Source of the DNA: an uncultured Thermoleophilaceae bacterium
GTDB lineage: Bacteria; Actinomycetota; Thermoleophilia; Solirubrobacterales; Thermoleophilaceae
Direction of reading: 5' to 3'
DNA: 64,000 nt
Assembly (NCBI GenBank): GCA_963769675.1
Contig: CAVYMS010000009.1
Span: forward strand, 192,008 to 256,007
In this document: positions 45,488-56,300 of the stretch, piece after piece
Numbering within the stretch: the stretch's first letter is position 1
Layout of the letters: every line of letters begins with the position of its first letter
Position numbers and translations under genes: made by a program
Notes under the pieces: model-generated
Databases searched by the model: none
Told to the model about the DNA's origin: nothing
What the model saw: the letters and a program-made list of their open reading frames with translations, nothing else

Positions 45488-46678
45488 GCCGACCTGATCT
45501 CCAGCTCGTGCGGGATGTCCACGGCGCCGCCGCTCGCGTACGTCGAAGCCACGACGAGCATGGCCGCGTCGTGGGCCTGCACCACGCCCGCCGCGCCCAG
45601 CTGGGGGATGCTCACGGCCGCGCTCAGGTCGTAGCGGCCGGAGGCCAACAGGTTGTCGAACGCGAAGGCGACCACCGCTCGCCCACCGGCCTCGAAGCTC
45701 CCAGTGGCCCAGTGTGCCGCGCTGTGGGCGGCGAACACGGGATGGCGCGCCTCGTTGCGGAACTCGATGCCGAACAGGGGGTCGTCCACGGCCTCGGCGA
45801 ACTCGACCTCCAGCACCGCGCGACAGCGCTGCCCCTGCTGCTGGGTCACGATCCGGCGGCCGTCGGCGTCCTCGCACCAGACGTCCGACGATCTGGAACG
45901 GCTTGCCGGGCGCCTGCTCGCGCGCGACGTCCTCGCGCCGCGCCAGGTTCACCTCGCTGTAGGCGCGCGACACCTCCTCGGCGGTGCCGGCGGTGGCGAT
46001 CCGGCCCCGCTCGAGGAGCAGCGCGCGATCGCAGAACCGCTCGACGCTGGCCATGTCGTGCGTGACCAGCACGATCGTCCGGCCCTCGGCCTTCATGCGG
46101 TCGAACTCGCCGAAGCACTTCTCCTGGAACGACGCGTCGCCCACCGCCAGAACCTCGTCCACCAGCAGCACGTCGGCGTCCACCTGCACCGCGATCGCAA
46201 ACGCGAGCCGCACGGCCATGCCCGACGAGTAGTTCTTCAGGCTCACGTCGACGAAGTCCTCGAGCTCGGCGAAGGCGATGATGTCGTCGAAGCGCTCCCG
46301 GGCCTCCCGCCTCGACAGGCCGAGCATGACGGCGTTGATGATCACGTTCTCGCGCGCGGGCAGGTCCATGCTGAAGCCCACGCCGAGCTCGATGAAGGGC
46401 GAAACCCGGCCGCGGATCCCCACCGTGCCGGAATCGATGCCATAGATGCCCGCGAGGCACTTGAGCAGGGTGCTCTTGCCGCTGCCGTTGCGGCCGACGA
46501 TGCCGAAGAACTCGCCCTCGCCGACCTCGAAGGTCACGTCGCGCAGGGCGTGGAGCTCGTCGTAGCCGCGGCTCTGGAACGGGTTGAGGGCGCGCTGCTT
46601 GAGCGTGTGGTACTGCCGATGGGGACGGCGAAAGCCCTTGTGGACTCCGGCTACCGAAATGGCCGGGAGGACGCTCAT
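45484..46678 (-). CDS. wzt: ABC polysaccharide export ATP-binding protein with ~120-aa C-terminal extension (Wzt_C-like), one frame jump
   Basis: ATG 46678 opens the gene. It has Walker A GRNGSGKST, signature YSSGM and Walker B LLVDE. After the NBD, ORF 45484..45849 encodes a beta-rich domain (RCRAVLEVEFAEAVDDPLFGIEFRNEARHPVFAAH...VVAFAFDNLLASGRYDLSAAV). The jump is near 45860-45890. Confidence 0.88.
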
Positions 46679-46779
46679 GGCGCGCGGCGCTCGCTCGGCC
46701 ACCTTATGCGAGGCCGTGGCAGTCAAGTGGGCGAACGCTAGCAATCGGAGAGGTCCCTCAGCTCGCCTATATTTCCCCG

Positions 46780-49091
46780 GTGCAGGTCATCCCGACCACG
46801 CCGGCCGAGCCCTCCCCGCCGTCGCGGTCGAGCCACCACGCGCCGGTTCCGCGCGACGCTCTGAGTCGCGGCTCGGCCGCCGTTTGCATCCCGGTCTTCG
46901 GCGCCGACCACCTGTTCGCACAGTGTCTGCGCAGCGTCTTGAAGCACACGCCGCCGGAGGTGGCCGGTGCTCGTGGCCGACGACGCAAGCCTGGACCCCG
47001 CCTGCGCGCGTCTGGTGGAGGAGGTCAACGCGGCCAATCCCGAGCGCCCCCCGGTCGCCTATCACCGTCAGCCCGAGAACGTGGGCTTCGTCCACAACGT
47101 GAACGACGCGCTGCGCATGCTCGCGCCGGCCGACGTGATCGTGCTCAACAGCGACTGCGTGGTGGCCAAGGGCTGGTACGAGGGCATGCGCCGCGCCGCG
47201 ATGTCGGACACGCGCGTGGCGACGGTGTCCTCGCTCACCAACCACGGCACGATCGTGTCGGTGCCGGAGCGCAACCGGCCGGCGCCGAGCCTGCCGCAGA
47301 ACTGGTCGCTCGACGACGCCGCAGCCGCGGTGCGCGCGTCCAGCCCCGGGCTGCACCCGGCGCTCCCCGCAGCCATCGGGCACTGCGTCTACATTCGCCG
47401 TCGCGCGCTCGATCTGGTCGGCGACTTCGATGAGGCGTTCGCGCCGGGCTACGAGGAGGAGGTGGACTTCTCCCAGCGCTGCGCGCGCCAGGGCCTGTCG
47501 CACGTGCTGGCGGACGACGTGCTCGTCCTCCACCACGGCAGCGGGTCGTTCAGCGCGGCGGCCGCGGAGCTCAAGGAGGAGCACCATCGGCTGATCCAAT
47601 CGCGCTACCCCTACTGGGACGGGTGGGTGGCCGAGGTGGAGGAGGCGCAGGACACGCCGCTCGCACGGTCGCTGTCGGCCGCGCGGCGCGTGCTGCGCGG
47701 ACCCACGATCACCATCGACGGGCGCATCCTCACGGAGTTCATGACCGGCACCCAGCTGCACGCGCTGGAGGTCATCGCGGGCGTCCATGACGCCCGCCCC
47801 GCCGAGATCCGCGTGATCGTGCCCGGCGGTGTTGGGCGATTACGCGGCCGACGTGCTCGGCGGCCTGGAGCGCGTGCGCCTGGTCACCGAGGACGAGGCG
47901 CGCCGCGGAGCCCCCGACGGACGTGGCCCACCGGCCCTGGCAGCTGTCGTCGTTCGAAGACCTGCGGCTGCTCATGGCCGTGGGGGAGCGGCTGGTGATC
48001 ACCCACCAGGACCTCATCTCCTTCCACAACCCCGCCTACCACGACGATCTCTCCGACTGGCAGGCGCACCGCTCGCTCACCCGGCTGGCGCTGGCCGCCG
48101 CGGACCGGGTGGCCTTCTTCTCGCGCCACGCGCGCTCGGAGGCGCTGCGCGAGCAGCTCGTGGAGCCGGCGCGAGCGCGGGTGGTGCTGCTGGGCACCGA
48201 TCACAGGCTCACCTCCCTGCGCCCCGACCCGGCGCCGCCGACTCGGAGCGGAGCGAGTGGGCGAGCGGCCCTTCCTGCTCTGCCTCGGCACCGACTTCCT
48301 GCACAAGAACCGCGTGTTCGCGATCCGCCTGCTCGAGGCGCTGCGCAGCGAGCACGGATGGGAGGGCTCGCTGGTGCTCGCCGGGCCCAAGGTCGCCAAG
48401 GGCAGCTCCGCGGGCGAGGAGGCGGCCGAGCTTGCCAGGCGACCGGAGCTGGCTGAGCACGTGGTGGACCTGGCGGCGGTGGACGAGGCGGGCAAGCGAT
48501 GGCTCCTGGAGCGAACCGCGGCAGTGGTCTACCCGACCACCAGCGAGGGGTTCGGACTCGTGCCGTTCGAGGCCGGCGAGGCGGGGGTGCCGTGCCTGTT
48601 CGCCGCCGAGACGGCCCTCGGAGAGCTGCTGCCGGCCGACGCCGCCGTGCTGGTGCCCTGGGACGCGCCCGCGAGCGCACGGCAGTGCATCGCGCTGCTG
48701 TCGGACTCCGCCGCGCGCGCCGAGCACGTGGCCATGCTGCGCGCCGCCGGCGCGATGCTCACCTGGCGGCGCACGGCGCAACGAGCTCAGCGACCTGTAC
48801 GCGGACGCGATCGCGTCGCCGGCACGCGACTCGCGCTCGCTCGTGGCCGACTTCGCCGAGCTGTCGTCCAGGGTCGCTCGGCGCTGTCTGCCGACGCCCC
48901 GAGTCGCGAGTACGCGATGGCCCTGGTGGGCCCCGACGCGGCGCTCCCGCCCGACATGGTCAGGCCGCTGCTGGCCATATCCACGCGCCCGCTGCTGCGC
49001 AAGCTCGTGTTCGGCGCCGCTGCGCGCCATGTACTCGGTCATGCGGCTGATGGGCCGCCAGGGCGGCGACGGCTCGGAGCGGGGCTCGTGA
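46780..49091 (+). CDS. two-domain glycosyltransferase (N-terminal GT2, C-terminal GT4), ~770 aa; several frame jumps
   Basis: The GT2 part is VCIPVFGADHLFAQCLRSVL, VLVADDASLDP, VIVLNSDCVV and EEVDFSQR. The sequence continues without a stop through TITIDGRILTEFMTGTQLHALEVI into the GT4 part (FLLCLGTDFLHKNR, AVVYPTTSEGFGLVPFEAGEAGVPCLF). The pieces lie in ORFs 46780, 46967..47998, 47829..49091, 47923..48456 and 48257..49849. Confidence 0.7.
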
Positions 49092-49849
49092 GCACGGCCG
49101 CCCACGACCCGGTGCGCTGGTTCACCGAGCACTACGACCAGGCGGCCGACGAGATCCTGGCCTTCCTGGGCGGCGACGGGATCTCGCTGGAGGGCAAGCG
49201 GGTGGCCGACGTGGGCTGTGGCGACGGGATCATCGACCTCGGGCTGGCCGTCAAGGGCCGTCCCGAGGAGCTGGTCGGCTACGACCTGATGGACATCGAC
49301 CCGGCAGCCCTCCTGCGCGCTGCGCAGGCCGCCGAAGTCGTGGACGAGCTGCCGCTCCTGCCTGCGCTTCGAACGCTCGGAGCCCGTGGGCATCCCCGCC
49401 GAGTCGGACTACTTCGACGTGGTCACCACCTGGTCGGTGTTCGAGCACGTGGACGATCCGGTGGGCCTGCTCGGCGAGGTCAGCCGGGTGCTCAAGCCGG
49501 ACGGCTTTCTGTTCCTCCAGCTCTGGCCCTTCTACGACTCCGAGCACGGCGGCCACCTGTGGCCTCACTACGAGGGCCCCTACCCGCACCACCTGCACAA
49601 GGACGAGGAGATCCTGTCCGACGTGGAGGGCGAGCGCGCCACCGATCCGCGCCGGAGCGCCGACGACGAGTACCGCTCGCTCAACCGCCTGGGGCTGGAC
49701 GACCTGCACCGCGCGCTGCTGGCCAACGGGCTGGCGTGGGAAAGCTGAAGCTCCTGACCGGCACGGTGCACGTGCCGCGCGAGCTGGCGCACCGCCCTCT
49801 CAGCCAGATCGGCGTCGGCGGCGTGGAGCTGCTGGCGGTGCACGCATGA
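49088..49849 (+). CDS. class I SAM-dependent methyltransferase, about two frame jumps
   Basis: GTG 49088 overlaps the preceding stop (GTGA). The motifs are KRVADVGCGDGIIDLGLA, FDVVTTWSVFEHV and VLKPDGFLFLQLWPFY. The stop overlaps the next ATG (ATGA at 49846-49849). Confidence 0.75.
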   Translation: MSTAAHDPVRWFTEHYDQAADEILAFLGGDGISLEGKRVADVGCGDGIIDLGLAVKGRPEELVGYDLMDIDPAALLRAAQAAEVVDELPLLPALRTLGARGHPRRVGLLRRGHHLVGVRARGRSGGPARRGQPGAQAGRLSVPPALALLRLRARRPPVASLRGPLPAPPAQGRGDPVRRGGRARHRSAPERRRRVPLAQPPGAGRPAPRAAGQRAGVGKLKLLTGTVHVPRELAHRPLSQIGVGGVELLAVHA

Positions 49850-50639
49850 GGCGCTCCGCTCGGAGCGCGCTGCGGCGAGTCGCAGGCGCACGGCGCGGTC
49901 GGGCCGCGCGCCCCGCGCGCCCGCACCCCCGCCGCCGGCGCAGGCCCGCGGGCGCCGGCCATCCCTTCGAGGAACTGGCCGCCGCCGATCACAGGGACGA
50001 GCTGCTCATGCGCCGGCTGATCGCCTGGACCCTCGACCCCGACTCGTCGCTGCGTCGACGTCGGCGCGCACCAGGGTGCGGTGCTGGGCGAGATCCTTCG
50101 TGCAGCGCCCCAGGGCCGCCACATCGCCTACGAGCCGCTGCCCCACCTGGCCGAGAAGCTGCGTCAGGACTTCCCACAGGTCGAGGTCCGCAACGCCGCG
50201 CTGGCCGACCGCACCGGCGAGGCCTCGTTCGCGCACGTGCGCGCGGCCGAGGGCTGGAGCGGGCTGATCTTCCGCGACCTGCCGGGCGGCATCGAGCCCG
50301 ACCTGGTGGAGCTGACCACCCGGCTCGGAGGTCTGGACGACGCCCTCGATCCGGATTTCGCCCCCAGGCTGATCAAGATCGACGTGGAGGGCGCCGAGGA
50401 GGGGGTGCTGCGTGGGGCCATGCGCACGCTGACCCGCCACAAGCCGACGGTCCTGTTCGAGCATGGCCTCGGGCTCCGCCAACGCGTACGGCACGGAGCC
50501 CGGCGTGGTCTACGGCCTGCTGGTCGACGACGCGGGCCTGCGGGTGTTCGACCTGGACGGCGACGGTCCCTACTCGCTCGGCGAGTTCGAGCGGGCCTAC
50601 TTCGCGGCCGAGCGCGTCAACTGGGTCGCGCACCGCTGA
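49846..50639 (+). CDS. FkbM family methyltransferase, about two frame jumps
   Basis: CVDVGAHQGAVLGEIL reads across a jump. It is followed by IAYEPLPHLAEKLRQDFPQVEVRNAALADRTGEASF and IKIDVEGAEEGVLRGAMRTLTRHKPTVLFEH. The tail GVVYGLLVDDAGLRVFDLDGDGPYSLGEF ends at TGA 50637-50639. Confidence 0.75.
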
Positions 50640-50648
50640 GCGGCCGCG

Positions 50649-52408
50649 TCAGGTCGAGCACACCCGCGCCGGGCCCGGTGCGAAGATGCGCGCCACCCAC
50701 GGCACGGGGTTGCCGTCGTCGGGCACGCTCACCGAGCGTCGCGAGCGGGGCGGGACCACGCCCAATGCCGGCCCGGTGGAGAAGGTTTGGGAGAACCGCC
50801 GCAGCCGCACGCCCGCCGTGCGACTGCCCGGGTTGGACACCACCAGGCCGCGCCCGGCCGGCAGGCGCACGTCCAGCGCTGCCGGCGTCCGGATGGGTGC
50901 GAACTCGATGCAGCCACCGCGGGCGCGGGCCCGGCCCATGATCGAGAGCACCACCTCGGGTGCGCTGCGCCCGGCCGGCTCTCCCGCTGGCGCGGGCCGC
51001 ACGCCGATCTCCTCGGCCACCCACAGCCGGGTGTCGATGGTGGTCGCCTGCGACTGATCTCGCAGCGTCGCCGTCAGGCCACCCGGAAGCGCCGAGCCGA
51101 GGTCGCGGACCGCTTCGAGGTATTGGCCGGCGGTCACCTGGGGCGCGTATCTGGGCTGCGGACGGTGCGCGGGGTCGATCTCGCCCCTCCCGACCTCGAG
51201 CGCAGCAAGGGCGGGAACGGTGTTGTCCGCCGCGCTGCGCAGGAAGCGCCCGTCCGTTTCGCAGCTCGTCGAAGTTGCCGACCACGGCCACGCCCGCCAG
51301 GACGGCCACGATCGCCAGCGCCGCCGGTCGCCGTAGGGTGTCCGCCCATCTCCTTCCGGTGGCGGCAGGGAGCTCGCACAGCACGAGCAGGACGAAGACG
51401 ACGCTGGGATAGATGTAGCGGCTGCTGGCCGGATAGCCGATGTCCGCGCGCGAGAGGGCCGTCAGGCCCCAGAAGGACAGCAGCGCCACGAGCGCGGCGG
51501 TCAAGCCAGGGGGAGAGCCCGGAGCGAAGCACTCGTGCCAGCACGGCGATCCCGAGCAGCACGACGGCGATCTGCCTGAAGGGTCTCACCCAGCCCCGTG
51601 AGCCCGGCCCCCGCCGCCACCGCCATGTCCCAGCATGTAGCCGGGAACGTCGGGCAGGTTCGACAGGCTGAAGCTGGTCTGCGGCGAGGGGTTGTCCTGG
51701 CCGAAGGTCAGGTACCAGATCGCGAACAGGCCCAGGGGCAGGGCGGCGATCCACGCCCGGCGCCGCACGGACGGGTCGAGCACCAGCCGGGTGAGGATGC
51801 CCAGCGCCACCGGCACGCCCAACGCGAAGCTCATGAGGGCGGTGGCCACGAGTGCCGAAGCGGCGACGTCGCGGGCCCGGCCGGGGCGGTCGATCAGCAG
51901 CCAGGCACCCAGTCCCGGCGACCAGCGGGAACGAGGTAGACCAGGTTGATCGGCCACAGCAGCACCTCCCAAGCGGCTCCCCAGGAACAGGACCACCACA
52001 CCCAGGGCGGCGGCGGGCCAGGCACCGACGCGCGGCAGCGCGATCTGGAACAGCAATCCCACGCAGATCAGATGGAGCACCAGGGCGGCCACCCGGTAGG
52101 GCCAGTACGACTCGATCCCGGCGGTCACGAACAGCGCCTTGTAGATCAGCGTGGGCACGAACACCAGGTGACCGTTGTGGGGCGTCAGCAGGCTGTCCAG
52201 GCTCACGTCGCGGCGTTCGAAGACGAAGCCCCAGTCGTCGTAGAAGAAGATCGTCTCGCGCCCGAGGTAGAGGATCACCACAGCGGCCACCAGGCCGGCC
52301 AGCGCCAGCACGGCCCCGGCCAGGCGCGAGTCGGCCGGCGGTGGCTCCGGATCCGGACCGGCCGAGCACCGGCGGCGGGTTCGATCGACGGCTAGCGGTG
52401 TACGACAC
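50649..52408 (-). CDS. large polytopic membrane protein with extracytoplasmic C-terminal domain (possible GT-C-type transferase); several frame jumps; start uncertain (52408 or 52311)
   Basis: ORF 51586..52311 has TM1 followed by ETIFFYDDWGFVFERRDVSLDSLLTPHNGH and multiple hydrophobic segments. It continues in ORF 50617..51504 (ALVALLSFWGLTALSRADIGYPASSRYIYPSVVFVLLVL). A soluble tail lies in ORF 50649..51137. Confidence 0.55.
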
Positions 52409-52414
52409 GCGACC

Positions 52415-53167
52415 TCAGGAGGTGGGATCGGCTCGGCGTGCGAGGCCCAGGATCGAGACCCCGAACGGGAGGTTCCAGCGCTCGACGAGCCTCGCTTCGG
52501 CGGCGAAGACCCGGGCCAGAACGGCGTTGACCCTTCCCGGTTGGGTGAGGGTGAAGTCCGACTTCAGCTCCTGCGCGTCACGGCGGCCCCTGCGCAGGAT
52601 GCGCACGGCGGCGATCGGTGGGAACAGCAGGGTGTTGAAGTAGGACAGGCGCAGGAGCTCCAAGCCCGCACCCTGCATGCGCGTCTCAACCTGGCCGGCC
52701 CGGTAGCGGCGCTTGTGGTGGCTGATCTCGTCCTGGGGCCCCCACAGCGACTGGAACGCGGGCACCGTCACCAGGAAGGTGCCGCCGGGCCTCAGCACCC
52801 GGTGGATCTCCGCGAGCATCGCGGAGTCATCGTCGATGTGCTCGATCACGTCGAGCGCGGTCACCAGGTCGAACGTCCCGGAGTCGAACGGCAGGCTGCC
52901 GTTCTCGAGCAGGCGTACGCTTTCGATCCCCCGTCCCTGGCAGAAGCGGACGGCGTCCTCGTCGGCGTCCACGCCATCGACCGTGCCGTAGCGGTCCAGC
53001 TGCTGCAGCATCGCGCCGGTGCCGCAGCCCACGTCGAGGACCCGCTTGGCGGGGTCGCCCACCGGCACGTGCCGGTCCAGGAGGCCGAGCAGGATCGCGC
53101 GCCTGCCCAGAAACCACCAGTGGCGATCTTCGACCGCCCGATACTCGGCGTAGTAGTGCTGCTCCAC
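52415..53167 (-). CDS. class I SAM-dependent methyltransferase
   Basis: Intact 250-aa ORF. The motifs are VLDVGCGTGAML, FDLVTALDVIEHIDDD and VLRPGGTFLVTVPA. Confidence 0.85.
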   Translation of the reverse strand: MEQHYYAEYRAVEDRHWWFLGRRAILLGLLDRHVPVGDPAKRVLDVGCGTGAMLQQLDRYGTVDGVDADEDAVRFCQGRGIESVRLLENGSLPFDSGTFDLVTALDVIEHIDDDSAMLAEIHRVLRPGGTFLVTVPAFQSLWGPQDEISHHKRRYRAGQVETRMQGAGLELLRLSYFNTLLFPPIAAVRILRRGRRDAQELKSDFTLTQPGRVNAVLARVFAAEARLVERWNLPFGVSILGLARRADPTS

Positions 53168-53170
53168 GGC

Positions 53171-53948
53171 TTACCGAGCGGTCGGCAGCACTTCCACGGC
53201 CTCGCTGGAGCGATCGCGCGCTTCGGCGGCCGCCTGGCCACTCCTGCCGGGCAGGTAGATGCTCCGCATCATCCGCACGATCTCCCTGAGGGTGCGACGC
53301 ACGTCACTCGCCTGGACGGTGGTCTCGCCCGCGACGCGCGGGTAGTGACGAACACCCTTCTCCACGATCCGGAAGTTCCACTTCCTGCGCCTTGGCGACC
53401 AGCTCGGTGTCGACGAAGAAGTTCTCGCACTCGATCGTGATCTTGTCGAGGACCTCCCGGCGGAACAGCTTGAACGCGCAGTCAACGTCGCGGACCCGCA
53501 CGCGGAAGAGCACCCGGACGATGCGGTTGTAGGTCCAGGAGACCATCGAGCGCAGCACCGAGTCGTAGCGGTACACACGGAAGCCGATGACCACGTCGTG
53601 ATCGGCGGCCAGCGGCAGGAAGTACTCGAGCTCGGCCAGGTCGAACTGCCTGTCCGAGTCGGAGTAGAAGACGAGGTCGTGGGACGCGTGCTCGAAGCCC
53701 GTGCGAATGGCGGCGCCGTAGCCCAGGTTGCGCGTGTGGCGCAGCAGCCTCACCCGCGGATGGTGCTCGTGGACGAGGTCGGTCCCGACTTCGGCGGTGC
53801 GGTCGCTGCTGCCGTCGTCCACCAGGATGACCTCGTACTCCTCGGTCATCGCGGGCAGGACCTCAAGGGCCCGCTCGACCATCGGAGCGATGTTGTCCTC
53901 CTCGTTGTAGGCGGGCAGGACGACTGACAGGCCGGCGACTGAAGGCAT
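53171..53948 (-). CDS. GT2 polyprenyl-phosphate glycosyltransferase (Dpm1/GtrB/ArnC-like), one frame jump
   Basis: The motifs are LSVVLPAYNEEDNI, EVILVDDGSSDRT, YSDSDRQFD and DVDCAFKLFRR. The C-terminus in ORF 53171..53578 is KWNFRIVEKGVRHYPRVAGETT. The jump is near 53385. Confidence 0.8.
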
Positions 53949-53957
53949 CCGCGGATC

Positions 53958-55004
53958 CTAGATCGCCCGGCGGAGCACGAGGTTCACGAAGCGCCCGTCA
54001 CAGGACTCGCAAGCGGCGATCACGCCGTCGTCCGACGTGGGCGAGGGGCGCCCATCCTCGCCCAGGAGCGAGATTGCGAAGCCGGCGTCGCGGTATGTCC
54101 GAAGCACGTCGCGCGGTGCGATGCCGCGCTCCGCAGGTCCGTCGAGCCAGAACTCCGCGAGGATGACGGCGTCTGGGCTGCGCGACAGAGTGGCCCGCAG
54201 TCCGAGGATGGCCTCGTGCTCCGAGCCCTGCGTATCGACCTTCACGACGTCCACGACCAGGTTCCCGAGCAGGTCGTCAAGGGGCGCGGCGGGCACAAGC
54301 CGCAGGGGCTCGGCCCCAGCGGCGACTCCGACACGGTGGTCACCGCGGTTGTCGGCGTTGAGTCGCAGAGGGAGCATGTCCCGTGCCGACCACGCGGCGA
54401 TCGGGAGAACGCGCACGTTCTCGAGGCCGTTGAGCCACAGGTTCGCCCGCAGCAGCGCCACATTGGCGGGCTCCGGCTCGACCGCCACCACCAGCCCTTC
54501 GGAGCCCGCCATGCGGGCAGCCAGCGCGGTCATGTACCCCACGTTGGCGCCCACGTCGAGCACCACAGATCCTGGCCGGATCGTCTCGCGTAGAAGGGTG
54601 GCCTCGGGCAGCTCCCAGTGGCCGTCGCGCTGAATCAGGGGAGTCATGACCTTGTCGTCGGCGTGCAGCAGCAAGCGCCCGACGTCGGTCTCGGCCACCA
54701 CCGTGTGGTCGGCGCGAAGGGCTTCGAGCGACATCGGGTCGAGCGGTGAGAGCGCGCTCAGCTGCCGCAGCGCGCCCGATAGGGCTTCGTCGACCAGGCG
54801 CTGGCGCGCGGTGAGCGGACGGGTCAGCCGACGCAGCGCGGATCGGGCCAGTCGTCCGGGAGGGCCAAAGCGAGACGTGGCCTTCCAGGACCGCTCGGCC
54901 TCGGCGAAGTGCCCGTCGAGGGAACGATGCAGGTCTTGGAGGGGGGAGCTCATCTGACGAGAGGCGACGTTACCCCTCGGCTTGGCCACAGGTTTGCCGG
55001 CCAC
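53958..55004 (-). CDS. FkbM family methyltransferase
   Basis: Intact ORF. The motifs are VVLDVGANVGYMTALAA, VVAVEPEPANVALLRANL and VKVDTQGSEHEAILG. An alternative start is ATG 54951 (MSSPLQDL). Confidence 0.8.
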   Translation of the reverse strand: MAGKPVAKPRGNVASRQMSSPLQDLHRSLDGHFAEAERSWKATSRFGPPGRLARSALRRLTRPLTARQRLVDEALSGALRQLSALSPLDPMSLEALRADHTVVAETDVGRLLLHADDKVMTPLIQRDGHWELPEATLLRETIRPGSVVLDVGANVGYMTALAARMAGSEGLVVAVEPEPANVALLRANLWLNGLENVRVLPIAAWSARDMLPLRLNADNRGDHRVGVAAGAEPLRLVPAAPLDDLLGNLVVDVVKVDTQGSEHEAILGLRATLSRSPDAVILAEFWLDGPAERGIAPRDVLRTYRDAGFAISLLGEDGRPSPTSDDGVIAACESCDGRFVNLVLRRAI

Positions 55005-55010
55005 CGGCGG

Positions 55011-56255
55011 TCAGCGCCCGCCCGCCCCCGGCGCCCGCACCGCCAGCGACAGCTCGAACCGCGCCGCCGGGTCGTCCAGGTCTTCGCCGAACAGCTCGCG
55101 CAGCTGGTCGAGCCGGTAGCGCACCGTCTGCGCGTGCACGTGCAGCGCGCGGGCCGTGGCCGGCACGTTGCCCTGATGGTCCAGCCACGCCGCGAGCGTC
55201 TCGGTCAGCCGCGCGCGGGAGCGATCCGTGCGCGCCGCCAGCGGCGCCAGCCGGCGCTCGGCGAGCTCCACCAAGAGTGCGTCGTCGGCGTGCACGATGG
55301 CCTCGGCCAGCCGCTCCTCCGCCAGCACCAGCCCGGCCTCTCCGGCCCCCAGGCGCAGCGCCTCCGTCGCCCGGCGCAGGCTGCGCCATGCCTCGGCGCC
55401 CGCCACCGTGGGGCCAAGCGCGGCCTCGTGGCCCCGCACGGCACGCTCGATCTCGGCTCTCCTGCCGGGAGCGGCGGCGTCCGGCACCAGGGCGCAGGGG
55501 ATGCCGTCCTCGGTGCCCGCCACCAGCGTGCCCGCCGGCAGCCGGCGCCCGACGGGCTGCTCGGAGTCGTCGTGCCACACCAGCGCCGCCAGCCGGCGCG
55601 GCAGCTCCCAGCCGGCCTCGCGCGCGGCCGCCTCCACCGCGGCGGCGTCGGCGGGCGGGGACTGCGCCAGCAGGGCCACCAGGGCGCGCCGTCGCCGCGC
55701 GGCCTCGCCCGCGGCGGCGGAGCGCTCCTCCACGAAGCCGGCGGCCGAGCGGGCCGACAGCTCGTCGATGAACGCGAAGAAGCCCTCGGCCAGCAGCGAC
55801 AGCGTCTCGGTGTCGAAGCCGGCCTCGCGGCCGGCCGCCGCGGTCCGGCGCCACGCCACCCGCGCGCCCACGCGGTAGGCGGCCAGCAGCGACTCCATGC
55901 TGCGCCCCTCGCGCGCCTCGCCGCGGCCCAGCGCCGCGTAGATGTCCGGGTGGGCGTCGTCCTCGCGGCGGCGCACGCCCTCCACGTCGTCCAGGAAGTC
56001 CGTGAGCGCGCGCTCCACGCCGCGCTGGATCGCCGCTCCGAACGCCCCCTCCAGCGGCCGCGAGTAGGCGGGCACGGAGTCGCGGATGGCCAGGATCATC
56101 GCGTCCGCGGTGCCCGCCGCCGAGGGACGCAGCGCGCGAGCCACGTCCGCGGGCAGATCCAGCCACGGGCGTTCGGTCAGATCACCCCGAGTTTGTGCCT
56201 GAGCCACAGTTCTCGACCCCCTGTCTTGGCTGGGATGCCAAGACTTCGCCCTCAC
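55011..56255 (-). CDS. PucR family transcriptional regulator
   Basis: Intact ORF. The C-terminal PucR helix-turn-helix is LTETLAAWLDHQGNVPATARALHVHAQTVRYRLDQLRELFG. An alternative start is GTG 56207. Confidence 0.8.
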   Translation of the reverse strand: MRAKSWHPSQDRGSRTVAQAQTRGDLTERPWLDLPADVARALRPSAAGTADAMILAIRDSVPAYSRPLEGAFGAAIQRGVERALTDFLDDVEGVRRREDDAHPDIYAALGRGEAREGRSMESLLAAYRVGARVAWRRTAAAGREAGFDTETLSLLAEGFFAFIDELSARSAAGFVEERSAAAGEAARRRRALVALLAQSPPADAAAVEAAAREAGWELPRRLAALVWHDDSEQPVGRRLPAGTLVAGTEDGIPCALVPDAAAPGRRAEIERAVRGHEAALGPTVAGAEAWRSLRRATEALRLGAGEAGLVLAEERLAEAIVHADDALLVELAERRLAPLAARTDRSRARLTETLAAWLDHQGNVPATARALHVHAQTVRYRLDQLRELFGEDLDDPAARFELSLAVRAPGAGGR

Positions 56256-56300
56256 TCATAAAGAGGATACGGGCCTCGCGAAACCTTGAAGGAGCGCACC

